From: Gemmatimonadaceae bacterium
GTDB taxonomy: Bacteria; Gemmatimonadota; Gemmatimonadetes; Gemmatimonadales; Gemmatimonadaceae
Assembly (NCBI GenBank): GCA_033763905.1
Contig: JANRJP010000029.1
Location: 1 to 53,534 of the forward strand
DNA: 53,534 bases
Direction of reading: 5' to 3'
Shown: positions 1 through 10,926 of the stretch, one piece after another
Position numbering within the stretch: position 1 is the first letter of the stretch
How the letters are laid out: each line of letters opens with the position of its first letter
Position numbers and translations under genes: made by a program
Notes under the pieces: generated by a model
What the model was told of the DNA's origin: nothing
The model's database searches: none
Seen by the model: the letters and a program-made list of their open reading frames with translations, nothing else

Positions 1-127
1 GCGACCACGGGGCGACGAAGTCACCGGCGTGCAGCACCATCGAGATCCCGCGCTCGGCCAGCATCTGCACGAACGCCTCGATCGCCGGCAGGCGATCGTG
101 CGAATTGGCCATCAGTCCGACTTTCAT
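1..127 (-). CDS. YfcE/MJ0936-like metallophosphoesterase, N-terminal part (runs off the window start)
   Basis: Hand translation MKVGLMANSHDRLPAIEAFVQMLAERGISMVLHAGDFVAPWS has the calcineurin-like HAGD motif; ATGA overlap with the lysA stop. Confidence 0.75.
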   Translation of the reverse strand, partial: MKVGLMANSHDRLPAIEAFVQMLAERGISMVLHAGDFVAPWS

Positions 128-1398
128 ACCGGTCTCCAGGAAGGCGTCTCGTCTTCGAGGCGCACGAGGTCGTCGTAGGTCTCACGATGGCGTACGACCG
201 CGAATCGGTCACCGTCCACCAGCACTTCCGCGGCCCGCGGGCGCGCGTTGTAGTTCGAACTCATCACGGCGCCGTAGGCGCCGGCCGTCTCCAGCACCAC
301 CAGATCGTCCGGCTCCACCGGCGCCACGTCGCGATCGTGGGCGAAGAAATCGCCGCTTTCGCACACCGGACCGACCACGTCGGCGCGCATCGCGCCTGGA
401 CGCTCGTGCACGGCCGTGATCTCGTGATGCGCGTCGTACAGCGAGGGCCGAATGAGCTCGGTCATCGCAGCATCGACGATCACGTACTCGCGGCCACCGC
501 TGCGCTTCCGGTACAGCACGCGCGACAGCAGCACGCCGGCCTCGGCCACCAGCAGGCGGCCCGGCTCCAGCAGAATCGTGCAGCCGGTGCGCGCGTGCGC
601 CCGGCGGACGGTCTCGGCGTAGCCATCGAGGTTCGCCGTCTCGTCGCCGTCCGCATACGCCACCGGCAGACCGCCGCCGAGATCCAGCATCGTGATCGCG
701 GCGCTGCCGTGTGCCTCGCGAATCCGGTCGATCAACACCGCCAGCTTCTCGATGGCGGCGCCGAAGGCATCGAAGCCGTAGAGCATCGAGCCGACGTGCA
801 TATGCAGGCCGACCAGCCGCAGCGAGGGCTGCGCCACCACCCACGCCGCGACCGCCATCGCATCGTGGTAGGGAATGCCGAACTTGTCTCCCGCTTCGCC
901 CGTCGAGATGTACTCGTGGAAGTTCTCGACCGTGACTTCGGGGTTGATGCGCAACCCGACGTCGGCCACGCGACCCATCGCCGCTGCCGTCTCGGCGATG
1001 CGCACGGCCTCGCCCATCGATTCGATATTGAGCACCTTCACGCCGGCCGCGATCGCCTCGCGGATCTCACCCGTCGTCTTGCCAGGCCCGTCGAACACGA
1101 TGTCGGCCGGCGCAAAGCCGGCTCGGCGCGCGCGGTGCAGTTCTCCACCCGAGACCACGTCTGCGCCGACGCCCGCGTCCCGCAGCACCTGCAGCACGCC
1201 GTGCGTGGCGTTTGCCTTGAGCGCGTAGTGAATCCGGTGCGGCACGTCTGTCAAGGCCGAGGACAGCCACGCGACCCGCTGCCGGATGATCGAGGCCGAA
1301 TAGACGTACGTCGGCGTCCCCACCTGCTCCGCCACGAGCGGCAACGGCACCCCCTCACACCAGAGGGTGCCGTCGCGTCGGACGAAGCCGTCGGTCAT
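124..1398 (-). CDS. lysA: Diaminopimelate decarboxylase
   Basis: YALKAN PLP lysine, HVGS, EPGR, GPVCESGD, GAYG..MSSNYN; ATG at 1398 overlaps the proS stop (TGATG). Confidence 0.96.
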   Translation of the reverse strand: MTDGFVRRDGTLWCEGVPLPLVAEQVGTPTYVYSASIIRQRVAWLSSALTDVPHRIHYALKANATHGVLQVLRDAGVGADVVSGGELHRARRAGFAPADIVFDGPGKTTGEIREAIAAGVKVLNIESMGEAVRIAETAAAMGRVADVGLRINPEVTVENFHEYISTGEAGDKFGIPYHDAMAVAAWVVAQPSLRLVGLHMHVGSMLYGFDAFGAAIEKLAVLIDRIREAHGSAAITMLDLGGGLPVAYADGDETANLDGYAETVRRAHARTGCTILLEPGRLLVAEAGVLLSRVLYRKRSGGREYVIVDAAMTELIRPSLYDAHHEITAVHERPGAMRADVVGPVCESGDFFAHDRDVAPVEPDDLVVLETAGAYGAVMSSNYNARPRAAEVLVDGDRFAVVRHRETYDDLVRLEDETPSWRPV

Positions 1399-2867
1399 CA
1401 GTACGCCTTCGCCCACACCACCTCGTACTTCGCCGGCTCGCCAGTCACCAGGCAGCGCGTCGGCGCCTCGGGCGACCGGAACTCAGCATCGGGGATGCAG
1501 CGAATGGTCGCCTTCGTCTCTTCCTTCACGCGCGCCTCGACGGCGGGATCGCCGTTCCATCCGGCGTACACGAAGCCGCCATTGCCCGCCATGATGTCCT
1601 TGAACTGGTCATACGACGATACACCGCGAATCGAGTTGGCCTCGCGCCGCGCGCGCGCCGTCGCCAGCAGTTCTCCCTGCATCGTCACCAGCAAGGCTTG
1701 CAGCGAATCGGCCAATCCATCGAGCGACAGCGCCGTCTTGGCGCGCGTGTCGCGCCGGACGACCACACACTGGTTGGATGCCAGGTCTCGAGGACCGATC
1801 TCGAGGCGCAGGGGAATGCCCTTGAGTTCGTGCTCGTAGTACTTGGCCCCCGGCTTGATCCCCTCGCGCGCGTCGATCTTCACCCGGAAGCGATCGGTGC
1901 CGCGCCCACCCCAGCTCCTGAGGTCGTTCGCGATGCGCTCGGCCGCCCCGACAACGAGGGCTCGATCTTCATCCGTGCGGTAGATCGGGACGATCACGAC
2001 TTCGACCGGCGCAAGCCGCGGCGGCACGACCAAGCCGTTGTCGTCCGAATGGGTCATGATCAGCCCGCCGATCATTCGCGTCGAGACGCCCCACGACGTG
2101 TTCCAGGCGAACTGCTCGGTGCCATCGGCGGCCTGGAACTTGAGGTCAAACGCCTTCGCGAAGTTCTGCCCGAGGTTGTGCGACGTGCCGGCCTGCAGGG
2201 CCTTGTTGTCCTGCATCATCGCTTCGCAGGAGTACGTCCGCAGCGCCCCGGCGAACTTTTCGCTCTCGGTCTTCTGCCCGGTCACGACCGGCATCGCCAT
2301 CCACTCTTCCATGAACTGGCGATACACCCCCAGCATCTGCCGCGTCTCGGACTCGGCTTCGTCGTGCGTGGCGTGCGCCGTATGGCCTTCCTGCCAGAGG
2401 AACTCGAGCGTGCGCAGGAACAAGCGCGTGCGCATTTCCCAGCGCACGACGTTGGCCCACTGGTTCATCATCACCGGCAGATCGCGATACGACTGCACCC
2501 ACTTCGCGAACATCGAGTAGATGATCGTCTCCGACGTCGGGCGCACGACCAGGGGCTCCTCGAGCTCCTTGCCGCCGCCGTGCGTCACGACCGCCGTCTC
2601 GGGCGCGAAGCCTTCGACGTGCTGCGCTTCCTTCTGCAGGTAGCTCTGCGGAATGAAGAGCGGGAAGTAGGCGTTGACGTGCCCGGTCTCCTTGAACCGG
2701 TCGTCGAGCGCACGCTGCATCCGCTCCCAGATGCCGTAGCCATTGGGCCGGATGACCATACAGCCGCGCACCGGCGCGTAGTCCGCCAGCTCGGCGCGCA
2801 GCACCAGTTCGTTGTACCAGTCGGAGAAGTTCGCCGCCCGGGTCGTCAGCTTCTTGTCGTCACTCAT
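1398..2867 (-). CDS. proS: Proline--tRNA ligase, archaeal/eukaryotic type (no INS editing domain)
   Basis: [43 protein letters not shown]-terminal AKAY. Confidence 0.96.
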   Translation of the reverse strand: MSDDKKLTTRAANFSDWYNELVLRAELADYAPVRGCMVIRPNGYGIWERMQRALDDRFKETGHVNAYFPLFIPQSYLQKEAQHVEGFAPETAVVTHGGGKELEEPLVVRPTSETIIYSMFAKWVQSYRDLPVMMNQWANVVRWEMRTRLFLRTLEFLWQEGHTAHATHDEAESETRQMLGVYRQFMEEWMAMPVVTGQKTESEKFAGALRTYSCEAMMQDNKALQAGTSHNLGQNFAKAFDLKFQAADGTEQFAWNTSWGVSTRMIGGLIMTHSDDNGLVVPPRLAPVEVVIVPIYRTDEDRALVVGAAERIANDLRSWGGRGTDRFRVKIDAREGIKPGAKYYEHELKGIPLRLEIGPRDLASNQCVVVRRDTRAKTALSLDGLADSLQALLVTMQGELLATARARREANSIRGVSSYDQFKDIMAGNGGFVYAGWNGDPAVEARVKEETKATIRCIPDAEFRSPEAPTRCLVTGEPAKYEVVWAKAY

Positions 2868-2886
2868 CTCGTGGGAACCAGTCGAG

Positions 2887-4188
2887 TCAAACCGCCGAAA
2901 GCCATTCGTCGAGCACCACGCGCGTTTCGACGCCGGTCTCGAGATCACGCACCGTCGCGCTCCCCTCCGGCAGCGACGCGTCGCTGGCCGCCGGCGGCGG
3001 CAACAGCACCGCGAAGCGCGCGCCGGCGGTCACCGCGGCCTTGAGCTGCTTCGAGGCGGACTGCTCGCGCAGGGCGTACTCGACCCGCTGCCCGCGGCGG
3101 CGTAGCGCGCCCGCCACCCGCATCACCTCCTGCACCGCGACCGCTCCGCTGCCTTGCGACGCCACCCAGTAGTCGAGCCCGGTGCCTGCGGCGCCGAGCA
3201 CGCCGCGATCGGCCAGCAGCAGGCTCAGGACCACATCGCCCATCCCGAACCCGAGCGCGGGCAACGAGGTCCCGCCAATGGCGCCGAGCAATTGGTCGTA
3301 GCGCCCACCGCCCGCCACCGCGCGGAACTTGCCGCGCGTGTCGAACACCTCGAAGACGATACCGGTGTAGTACGCGAGACCGCGCACGATGCCCAGATCG
3401 AAGCGAAGCCAGCCAGACTCGCCGACGAGCGTGTCGACCGCCGAGAGGAAGCGCGCGAAATCGTCGGCGTACGCCTGCTGCTCGCCACCGTGCAACAGCG
3501 CCGCGACGTCATCGAACGTCGTCGAGGACGCGGCCAGCACGGCGGCAATGGCCGACTCGGGCACCCCCGCCGCGGCAAGCTTGTCGCTCGAGACCTCGGC
3601 GGGCTGCCGCTCCAGCTTGTCGATCACCTTGAAGGCTGCGTCGTGCGCCGCGTCAGGCACGCCGACCGCCCGCAACCACGCCGTGAGCACCCGCCGATCA
3701 CTGACCCGCACGCGCACATCGGCACTGGTCAGGCCGCAGGCTCGCAAGATGTCTATCGCGCACGCGACCAGCTCGGCATCGGCGGTCACGTCGGCTTCGC
3801 CGACGATGTCGACATTCAGCTGAAAATGCTCGCGCAGCCGTCCCTGCTGCGCCTTCTCGTAGCGGAAGAGCTGCGGGATGCTGAACCAGCGAACCGGCTT
3901 GCGCAGCGCGTTCGCACGCGCGCCAACCAGCCGCGCGAAGGTCGGCGTCATTTCGGGGCGCAAACTGACGTGGCGCCCGCCCTTGTCGGTGAAGTCGAAC
4001 AGCTGCTCGACGATCTCGGCGCCCGACTTCTGCGTGTAGAGCTCGACCGGCTCCAACGGCGGACCGTCGTACTCCGAAAAGCCGTACCGGCGGACGACCT
4101 CGCGCCACCGGCTGAACAGCCAGTTCCGCTGGGCCAACTCCGCCGGGTAGAAGTCGCGAAAACCGTGCAGCGGACGCCCCGAGGACAT
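2887..4188 (-). CDS. hisS: Histidine--tRNA ligase
   Basis: [44 protein letters not shown], anticodon-binding C-terminus. Confidence 0.96.
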   Translation of the reverse strand: MSSGRPLHGFRDFYPAELAQRNWLFSRWREVVRRYGFSEYDGPPLEPVELYTQKSGAEIVEQLFDFTDKGGRHVSLRPEMTPTFARLVGARANALRKPVRWFSIPQLFRYEKAQQGRLREHFQLNVDIVGEADVTADAELVACAIDILRACGLTSADVRVRVSDRRVLTAWLRAVGVPDAAHDAAFKVIDKLERQPAEVSSDKLAAAGVPESAIAAVLAASSTTFDDVAALLHGGEQQAYADDFARFLSAVDTLVGESGWLRFDLGIVRGLAYYTGIVFEVFDTRGKFRAVAGGGRYDQLLGAIGGTSLPALGFGMGDVVLSLLLADRGVLGAAGTGLDYWVASQGSGAVAVQEVMRVAGALRRRGQRVEYALREQSASKQLKAAVTAGARFAVLLPPPAASDASLPEGSATVRDLETGVETRVVLDEWLSAV

Positions 4189-4197
4189 CCGGGAAAC

Positions 4198-5487
4198 TTA
4201 CCCCGACGCGCCCGAGTTTTGCAGTCGACCGAAGGTGTCGCCCACGGTGTGAAAGCTGCCCGTGACAAGGACGGTGGCCCCGCGCCGCGCGGCTTCGGCC
4301 AGCGCGGCATCGAAGTCCGGCTCCAGCACCACGGGGAGCCCCTCACCCTGCGCCCACGCCGCCGCCGCCGCCGGATCCCAGGCGCGTGCGCTCGGCGCGG
4401 TCGGCGCACGGGAGAGCACGAACCCCGCGACGTATGGGGCGAGCGCCCGCATCATCCCCCGCCAGTCCTTGTCGGTCAACACGGTCAGCAGCACCCAGAT
4501 CGGCGGTTCAGGGCGCACCGCGAGCAGGGTGCGGGCAAGGACGGCCGCGCCGTCGGGGTTGTGTGCGACGTCGAAAATGAACTTGCCGATCCGCTGAAAG
4601 CGCCCGGGAAGCGAGACGCTGGGCAGCAGCGCCGCCGCCTCGCGTGGCCCCACGCGCCAGGGCGCGGGCAGCGCATCGAGCATCGCGAGGGCCGTCGCGA
4701 GATTCTGTGCCTGATGCGCCCCGACCAATGGCGTGGTGGCCGTCAGCGGTCCGTCAGGCAACCCCAGCGTGACGGTGGTCCCCGCCGCCGACACCTGCAC
4801 CACGCCTGACGGCCATTCGTCCGCGACCACCCGAATCGGCGCCGCGCCAGCACGCTCGGCGTGCCCCACCAACTGCGCACGAATCTCCGGGTCCAGCTCG
4901 CCGATCACCGCCGCCGCCCCGGCCTTGAAGATGCCCGCCTTCTCCGCGGCGATCTCGCGCGTCGTCGGCCCCAGCCACTCGGTGTGATCGAGGCCGATCG
5001 AGGTCACGCCCGCGACGAGTGGTGTGATCACGTTCGTCGCGTCGAGGCGACCACCGAGCCCGACTTCGATCACCGCGATGTCCAGCGCCGCGTCGGCCAG
5101 CGCCGTGAACGCGAGCGCGGTCGTGGCCTCGAAGAACGACGCGCCGGACGATTCGATCATCGGCAGGTGCGCCGAGACGAATCGCTCGACGACCGCGCTC
5201 TCGATCATTGCCCCGTCGATCACGATGCGTTCGCGGAAGTCCACGAGATGCGGCGAGGTGTAGCGTCCCACGCGGAACCCGCGCGCGCGCAACACGGCGT
5301 CGAGCGTCGCCACCACGCTCCCCTTGCCATTCGTGCCCGCGACGTGGAGACAGTGCAAGCGCCGGTGCGGATTGCCGAGCGCGGCCAGCAGCGCTTCGAT
5401 GCGCCGCAACCCGAGCGCGTCGCTACCGGCCGTTCGAAGCGCGAGCGTTTCGAGCGCTGCCGCGGCTGCGGTCAGGCCGACGCCCAC
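4198..5487 (-). CDS. folC: Folylpolyglutamate synthase/dihydrofolate synthase
   Basis: HVAGTNGKGS, YTSPHL, EVGLGGRLDATN, DVAHNPDG, TGSFH; follows accD. Confidence 0.95.
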   Translation of the reverse strand: MGVGLTAAAAALETLALRTAGSDALGLRRIEALLAALGNPHRRLHCLHVAGTNGKGSVVATLDAVLRARGFRVGRYTSPHLVDFRERIVIDGAMIESAVVERFVSAHLPMIESSGASFFEATTALAFTALADAALDIAVIEVGLGGRLDATNVITPLVAGVTSIGLDHTEWLGPTTREIAAEKAGIFKAGAAAVIGELDPEIRAQLVGHAERAGAAPIRVVADEWPSGVVQVSAAGTTVTLGLPDGPLTATTPLVGAHQAQNLATALAMLDALPAPWRVGPREAAALLPSVSLPGRFQRIGKFIFDVAHNPDGAAVLARTLLAVRPEPPIWVLLTVLTDKDWRGMMRALAPYVAGFVLSRAPTAPSARAWDPAAAAAWAQGEGLPVVLEPDFDAALAEAARRGATVLVTGSFHTVGDTFGRLQNSGASG

Positions 5488-6335
5488 CCGGCCGCAGCCG
5501 GCTTCCCGCTCATATGGCGGAGGAGCTGGCCGACGACCCGCTTGAGATCCAGGCGCGAGACGACTTCATCGACCATCCCGTGATCGAGCAGGAACTCCGC
5601 CGTCTGGAAGCCCTCGGGGAGATCCTGGCCCAGCGTCTGCTTGATGACGCGCGGACCCGCGAAGCCGATCACCGCACCGGGCTCGGCCAGAATCGCGTCA
5701 CCCAGCATCGCGTAGGAGGCCGACACGCCGCCCGTCGTCGGATTCGTGAGAATCGAGATGTACGGGATGCGTCGGTCACCCAACTGCGCCAGCACCGCCG
5801 ACGTCTTGGCCATCTGCATCAAGGACAGCACGCCTTCCTGCATGCGTGCGCCGCCCGAACAGCTGATGAGAATCAGCGGGAACTTGCGCTCGAGCGAGCG
5901 CTGCCCCAATCGCGCGATCTTCTCGCCGACGACGGAGCCCATCGAGCCGCCCATAAAGGCGAAGTCCATCACGCCCAGGTTCACCGGCAGGCCACCCAAG
6001 GCACCCGTGGCGGTCAGGATCGCGTCGCTCTCCCCCGCATTGGCCGACGCCTTGCGCACCCGCGCCGGATACTCCGGGAACTGCAGCGGGTCCGCCGAGC
6101 GAAGGTCGGCATCGTGCTCCTCGATCGTTCCTTCGTCGAGCAGCACGTTCAGATACTCGGCCGCCCGCAAGCGCCGATGAAAGCCGCAGCTCGGGCAGAC
6201 TTCGAGATTCTTGGCAAACTTCTCGGCGAGATCGGTGTGACCACACTGCTCACACTTCTCCCACACGTCGGGAGGGATCTCGAGCCGCTGCCGGACGGGC
6301 TGCCGGGGCTTTTTCTCCTTGCGAAACCAGGCCAT
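5472..6335 (-). CDS. accD: Acetyl-CoA carboxylase carboxyltransferase beta subunit
   Basis: CxxC..CxxC zinc ribbon, FMGGSMG, SGGARMQEG, PTTGGVSAS, GFAGPRVI. Confidence 0.97.
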   Translation of the reverse strand: MAWFRKEKKPRQPVRQRLEIPPDVWEKCEQCGHTDLAEKFAKNLEVCPSCGFHRRLRAAEYLNVLLDEGTIEEHDADLRSADPLQFPEYPARVRKASANAGESDAILTATGALGGLPVNLGVMDFAFMGGSMGSVVGEKIARLGQRSLERKFPLILISCSGGARMQEGVLSLMQMAKTSAVLAQLGDRRIPYISILTNPTTGGVSASYAMLGDAILAEPGAVIGFAGPRVIKQTLGQDLPEGFQTAEFLLDHGMVDEVVSRLDLKRVVGQLLRHMSGKPAAAGWASA

Positions 6336-6397
6336 AGACTGGTGAAGCTAGAGGATGCCGGGGGACCGGACTAGTCTCGGGTACACGCCCTAACCGA

Positions 6398-7651
6398 CTA
6401 CGCGGTCAGCGAATCGGCGCGACCGCGCCCTTCGGCGCTGATGCGCGCGAGCACACCGACCGACAACCAGCAGGCCAGCATGAACGAGCCGCCGTAGCTG
6501 AAGAACGGCAGCGGAATGCCGGTAATGGGCATCAAGTTGAGCGTCATTCCGACATTGACGAGCACGTGTACGAAGAAGGCGGAGGCCAACCCGAACGCCA
6601 CCAGCGAGCTGAACGGCTCATTGGCCCGCTGCGCCACGCGCGTGATGCGCAGAAAGAACGCGAAGAACAGAAACAGCGCGAGACTCACGCCGATGAAGCC
6701 AAGCTCTTCGCCCACCACGGAGAAGATGAAGTCCGTGTGCTGCGCCGGCAGGAACGCGAGTCGCTTCTGTGTGCCCTCGGTGAAGCCCTTGCCGGTCCAC
6801 CCACCCGATCCGATTGCCACCTGCGACTGAATGACGTGGTAGCCCGACGCGCGCGGATCGCGCGACGGATCGAGAAACACGAGCAACCGCCGCTGCTGAT
6901 AGGGTGCCAGACGATCCCACAGAATTGGCGCCACCACACCCATCGCGACGTTCGCGAGCACCAGCGCAACCCCTTCCACCACGTACGGCCGGTACCAGAA
7001 CACGAGCGCCAGAAACAGCAGGAACCACGCGCCCCAGAGTCCCGTCGAGAAGGCCAGCACGAGCGAGATGCCGGGACTCGCGAGCAGCAAGAGCATCTGC
7101 CACGGCACTCCGCTCCAGAACAGCATCCCGAAGAACACACCGACGAACACGAGCGCCGAACCCAAGTCGGGCTGCAGCATTACCAGCGCGAAGGGCGCGA
7201 AAGTGATCGCGATCGGCTTCCACAACTCGAGCAACGACCGCGGGGGCTCGCGGAAACTGCCGAGCGTTCGCGCGAGCATCAGTGCCGTCGTGATCTTCGC
7301 CAGTTCCGTCGGTTGGCCCACGCGAACACCACCGATCGTGATCCAGCCCTTCATCGACGCGGCGGTACCGGCGCCGGTTCCGATCACCAGCGTCAGCGCC
7401 AGGAGCGCCAAGCCGATCAGGTACGCCGGCCACGCCAGCCACTCGAGCAGCCGCACCGAGGCGCGCGCAGCGGTCCACGCCGCGCCCAGCGCAACGACCA
7501 GCCACGCGAGCTGACGCTTCCACGCGCCCGCGACGTAGGTGACCGGCACATCGGTCTGGCCGGCAGAGTACACGATCAGCACACCGAACGCCGAAAGCAG
7601 CAGTGCGATCGTGATCAGCGGCGTGTCGGCCAGCCCTCCGCGCCCCTTCAC
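6398..7651 (-). CDS. rodA: Rod shape-determining SEDS glycosyltransferase RodA
   Basis: QPTELAK, LQPDLGS, GYHVIQSQVAIGSGG, HTDFIF, PITGIPLPFFSYGGS; GTGA overlap with mrdA. Confidence 0.95.
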   Translation of the reverse strand: MKGRGGLADTPLITIALLLSAFGVLIVYSAGQTDVPVTYVAGAWKRQLAWLVVALGAAWTAARASVRLLEWLAWPAYLIGLALLALTLVIGTGAGTAASMKGWITIGGVRVGQPTELAKITTALMLARTLGSFREPPRSLLELWKPIAITFAPFALVMLQPDLGSALVFVGVFFGMLFWSGVPWQMLLLLASPGISLVLAFSTGLWGAWFLLFLALVFWYRPYVVEGVALVLANVAMGVVAPILWDRLAPYQQRRLLVFLDPSRDPRASGYHVIQSQVAIGSGGWTGKGFTEGTQKRLAFLPAQHTDFIFSVVGEELGFIGVSLALFLFFAFFLRITRVAQRANEPFSSLVAFGLASAFFVHVLVNVGMTLNLMPITGIPLPFFSYGGSFMLACWLSVGVLARISAEGRGRADSLTA

Positions 7652-9423
7652 TCCCCCGCCTCCTGACGCGGCAACACGGTGGTCGGCGCCTTGAGGTACT
7701 TCTCGATGATCTTCGAAGCGATGCGCGCCGCACGATACCCGTGCTGCCCGAACTCCAGCATCACCGCCACCACGACGCGGGGCTCGTCCATCGGGGCAAA
7801 GCCCACGAACCACGCGTGATCGTTTCGCACGTCGGCGTTCTGCGCGGTGCCCGTCTTGCCCGCCAGCGTCACGCCATCGATCCGCGCACTCGCCGCCGTG
7901 CCGCCGGCACTGACCACGCCGGCCATCGCACGACGCAAGCCGGCCATCTGCGCCTCGGTCAACTTGAGGATGGGCGTGCGCTCCGGATTGCGGCGCACGA
8001 TCTCGGGACGCGGCGCCTGCCCATTGGTCGCGAGCGCCGCGTAGAAGCGCGCCATGTTGATGACCGTCTGGTCATTCTCCCCCTGGCCGATCGCGAGATT
8101 CAGCACGACCGCGTTCGACCACCCGCGTGGGCCGTAGCGCTTGTTGTAGTAATCGACCGCGTACGGAAAGCGCGACGCCTGTTCATCGGGCAGATCGATG
8201 CCGGTGCGGTCGCGAAACATCAGTTGCACGCCACCGCCGATCAGTCGCGACAACCCGAGCTTGAGTCCCAGCTGATAGAAGTACACGTCGCACGAGACGG
8301 CGATCGCCTGCGCGAGTGTGACGTGCCCGTGGCCCTTCTTCTCCCAGCAGCGGAAGTAGCGATTGCCGTACTGGAATCCGCCGGTGCACGGCGCCGGCAT
8401 CCGCGTGTCGAGATCGACGATGCCCTGCTCCATTCCCAGCGCCGACGTCGCCAGCTTCCACGTCGATGCGGGCGGGTATCGCCCCTGAATCACCTTGTTG
8501 AAGAGCGGACGACGCGGGTCGGTGTTGAGCGCCTTCCAATAGTCCGCGGGGATGCCACCGACGAAGCGGTTCGGATCGTAGGTCGGTGCACTGTGCAGCG
8601 CGAGCACTTCACCGCTCGCGGGATCGATCGCGACCGCGCCGCCCTGCAGGGAATCCCCGAAGAGCTGCACGACGTAGCGCTGCAGTTCCAGGTCGATGTT
8701 CGTGTACAGCGGCTCGGCAGCTTCGGGGGTCAGCTCCGGCCGCGCGCCCGCCTCGCGTACCACGCGTCCGCGCGCGTCGACTTCGACGAAGCGCGTGCCC
8801 TCGCGGCCGTGCAGGCGACCCTCGTACTGCCGCTCGAGCCCAGCCTTGCCGACCTGCTGGCCGGCCTTGTAGCCCTTGTACGTCCGCGACGTGAGCTCGG
8901 TCTCGGTGATTTCGCCGACGTAGCCGATGAACGAAGACACCGCCGCGCCGTCGGGGTAGTGCCGCTTCGGGCTCGCCTGAATGATCAGCCCGGGAAACTC
9001 CGGACGTCGCTCCTCGAGCACGCTCACCTGCTCGAAGGTCGCATCCGCCAGAATCACCGCCGGCCGGTTGGGCGCGCGTCGGAAGCGCCGCACCGCCACG
9101 TCCATCTCGTCGCGACTCAGCGGAATGGCCGTCGACAGCCGACGCAGCGCCGCCCGCAACGAATCGACGCCGGGCGACAGCAGTGACACCGAGTACCCCG
9201 GCAGATTCTCGGCGATCACCACGCCCTTGCGGTCGTAGATCGTGCCACGCGGGGCGGGCAGCGGCACTTCACGCAATCGGTTCTCTTCGGATTGCAGCAC
9301 GTACTGCGCGTGCTGCAGCACCTGCGTGCGGAAGAAGGCCCCGAGCAGCAGGGCGAACAGCACCGCGAACAACCCGCTCGCGATCTGGCCGCGACGCTGA
9401 ATGTCGTTCGGGTGAAAACTCAC
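7648..9423 (-). CDS. mrdA: Penicillin-binding protein 2
   Basis: PAPRGTIYDR, SxxK (STWK), SCD, KTGTAQ; GTG at 9423 overlaps the mreD stop. Confidence 0.95.
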   Translation of the reverse strand: MSFHPNDIQRRGQIASGLFAVLFALLLGAFFRTQVLQHAQYVLQSEENRLREVPLPAPRGTIYDRKGVVIAENLPGYSVSLLSPGVDSLRAALRRLSTAIPLSRDEMDVAVRRFRRAPNRPAVILADATFEQVSVLEERRPEFPGLIIQASPKRHYPDGAAVSSFIGYVGEITETELTSRTYKGYKAGQQVGKAGLERQYEGRLHGREGTRFVEVDARGRVVREAGARPELTPEAAEPLYTNIDLELQRYVVQLFGDSLQGGAVAIDPASGEVLALHSAPTYDPNRFVGGIPADYWKALNTDPRRPLFNKVIQGRYPPASTWKLATSALGMEQGIVDLDTRMPAPCTGGFQYGNRYFRCWEKKGHGHVTLAQAIAVSCDVYFYQLGLKLGLSRLIGGGVQLMFRDRTGIDLPDEQASRFPYAVDYYNKRYGPRGWSNAVVLNLAIGQGENDQTVINMARFYAALATNGQAPRPEIVRRNPERTPILKLTEAQMAGLRRAMAGVVSAGGTAASARIDGVTLAGKTGTAQNADVRNDHAWFVGFAPMDEPRVVVAVMLEFGQHGYRAARIASKIIEKYLKAPTTVLPRQEAGE

Positions 9424-9902
9424 GAGCCCGGCGCCTCCAGCAGCGGTTTCGCCACCACCAGAATCGCGACGCCGACCACGGCGGTCACCGCGGCCGAGAG
9501 CGGGGACCACACGGCGACCTGCGTGATCCACTCCAAGCCGCCGAGCCGACGCTCGGCGATCACGAAGATCAGATCCGCCGCCCACTTGCCGAGGAAGAAG
9601 AACACCGCGTTGATCGCGACGTTATCGGCGAAGAACACCGCCTTGAGCCACGACGCGGCAAAGCCCACGACCGTGAACGACAGCGCCGCCGCCCCAAAAG
9701 CACCCGGCGCGAGCGCATCCGCCGCGAACCCGATCACCAGGCCCAGTACCGCCGACGCGCCCGGCCGCAGCCGCACCGCCGCGAGCAGCAACGCGATCAC
9801 GAGAAAATCCGGGGCGACGCGCCAGGTGACCAACGGCCGGACCCCGTAGTGCAACGACACGAGGAGGGCGAAGAGCAGAACGCTTCGGAGAGTGCGTGCC
9901 AC
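9420..9902 (-). CDS. mreD: Rod shape-determining protein MreD
   Basis: Hydrophobic ~160 aa with PDFL and G..D motifs, between mreC and mrdA. Confidence 0.88.
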   Translation of the reverse strand: MARTLRSVLLFALLVSLHYGVRPLVTWRVAPDFLVIALLLAAVRLRPGASAVLGLVIGFAADALAPGAFGAAALSFTVVGFAASWLKAVFFADNVAINAVFFFLGKWAADLIFVIAERRLGGLEWITQVAVWSPLSAAVTAVVGVAILVVAKPLLEAPGS

Positions 9903-9903
9903 G

Positions 9904-10917
9904 TTACGGCGCCCCCGACGGTGGGCGGACGGAATCGCGCCCCGTCGCCGACGTACCAGGCGTCGGCGCCGCGGGAGTCGTCGCCGAGGCGGCCGGCTCC
10001 GCCGGTCCCGGAGCCGCCGCAGGCGCGGCCTTGGCCAACGAGTCTCGCAACTGCTGCCCCGCACGCGACACGGCGTCCGCCGTGGTCGGCGCCCAGAGGC
10101 CGTCCACGCCTGCCTTCACCCGGGGCGGCAACAACACCATCACGCTGCTCAGGTCTGTCGGCGTCACCGCCGGCCGCAGCAGGTACGAGCGCGCGTAGCC
10201 TTCGGCCGTCTTGAGCTCTTCGATCACCGTCCCCACCGGGATGCCGCGCGGATACGTCCCGCCGAGTCCCGACGAAACGATCCTGGCGCCGGGCTTCAGC
10301 TGCTGTCGGAAGGGCACGCCGCTCATCTCGAGCAGCCAGCGCGACGCGCCAGTGCCGCCGTGGGCCTTCACGATGCCGAAGGCGCCGCCTTCGGCCGACA
10401 TCGCACTCACGCGAAAGTCGGGATGCGCCCAGACGATCGCGAGCGAGAGGCCGGGATCGGTGCTGAGCACCATCCCGACCAGTCCATCAGGCGAGACCAC
10501 GGGGCTGAAAGGCCGAATGCCCGCCGCCGCGCCGGCGGTGAGCGCGATCGTGTAATCGTCGCCGGGCCCGCGTCCCTGCAGTGCCTCTGCAGACACGAAT
10601 CCCCACTTCACGTCGGCCGCCAAGCCGAGCATCCGGCGCAGTCGCTCGTTCTCGCGCTCGAGCATCGCCTGACGCTGCACCGTGAGCGCCAGCGAATCAC
10701 GCTCCCGTGTGAGGGCCTCGTGCGTGAGCAACGCCGTGCGCCCGCGCTCCGCGGTGGTCTGCAGCGCGACCAGCGGCGCGACAATCGAGCGACGCAACGC
10801 CGAGGCGGCGGGGTCGCGCAGGGACGGCGGCAGAATCAAGGCGAACGCAGCCAGCGCGAGGCAGGCCACGAACAATGCGGTATCGACGCGGGAGTCGGAG
10901 CGCGCGGCGCGGGCCAC
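9904..10917 (-). CDS. mreC: Rod shape-determining protein MreC
   Basis: N-terminal TM, ENERLRRML coiled coil, SSGLGGTYPRGIPVG, Ala/Pro-rich tail. Confidence 0.93.
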   Translation of the reverse strand: MARAARSDSRVDTALFVACLALAAFALILPPSLRDPAASALRRSIVAPLVALQTTAERGRTALLTHEALTRERDSLALTVQRQAMLERENERLRRMLGLAADVKWGFVSAEALQGRGPGDDYTIALTAGAAAGIRPFSPVVSPDGLVGMVLSTDPGLSLAIVWAHPDFRVSAMSAEGGAFGIVKAHGGTGASRWLLEMSGVPFRQQLKPGARIVSSGLGGTYPRGIPVGTVIEELKTAEGYARSYLLRPAVTPTDLSSVMVLLPPRVKAGVDGLWAPTTADAVSRAGQQLRDSLAKAAPAAAPGPAEPAASATTPAAPTPGTSATGRDSVRPPSGAP

Positions 10918-10926
10918 GACCGGTCC

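Noticed and set aside
1398..2867. Archaeal/eukaryote-type ProRS as evidence of recent horizontal transfer
   Set aside because: This type is common in many bacterial phyla, and codon style matches the neighbours.
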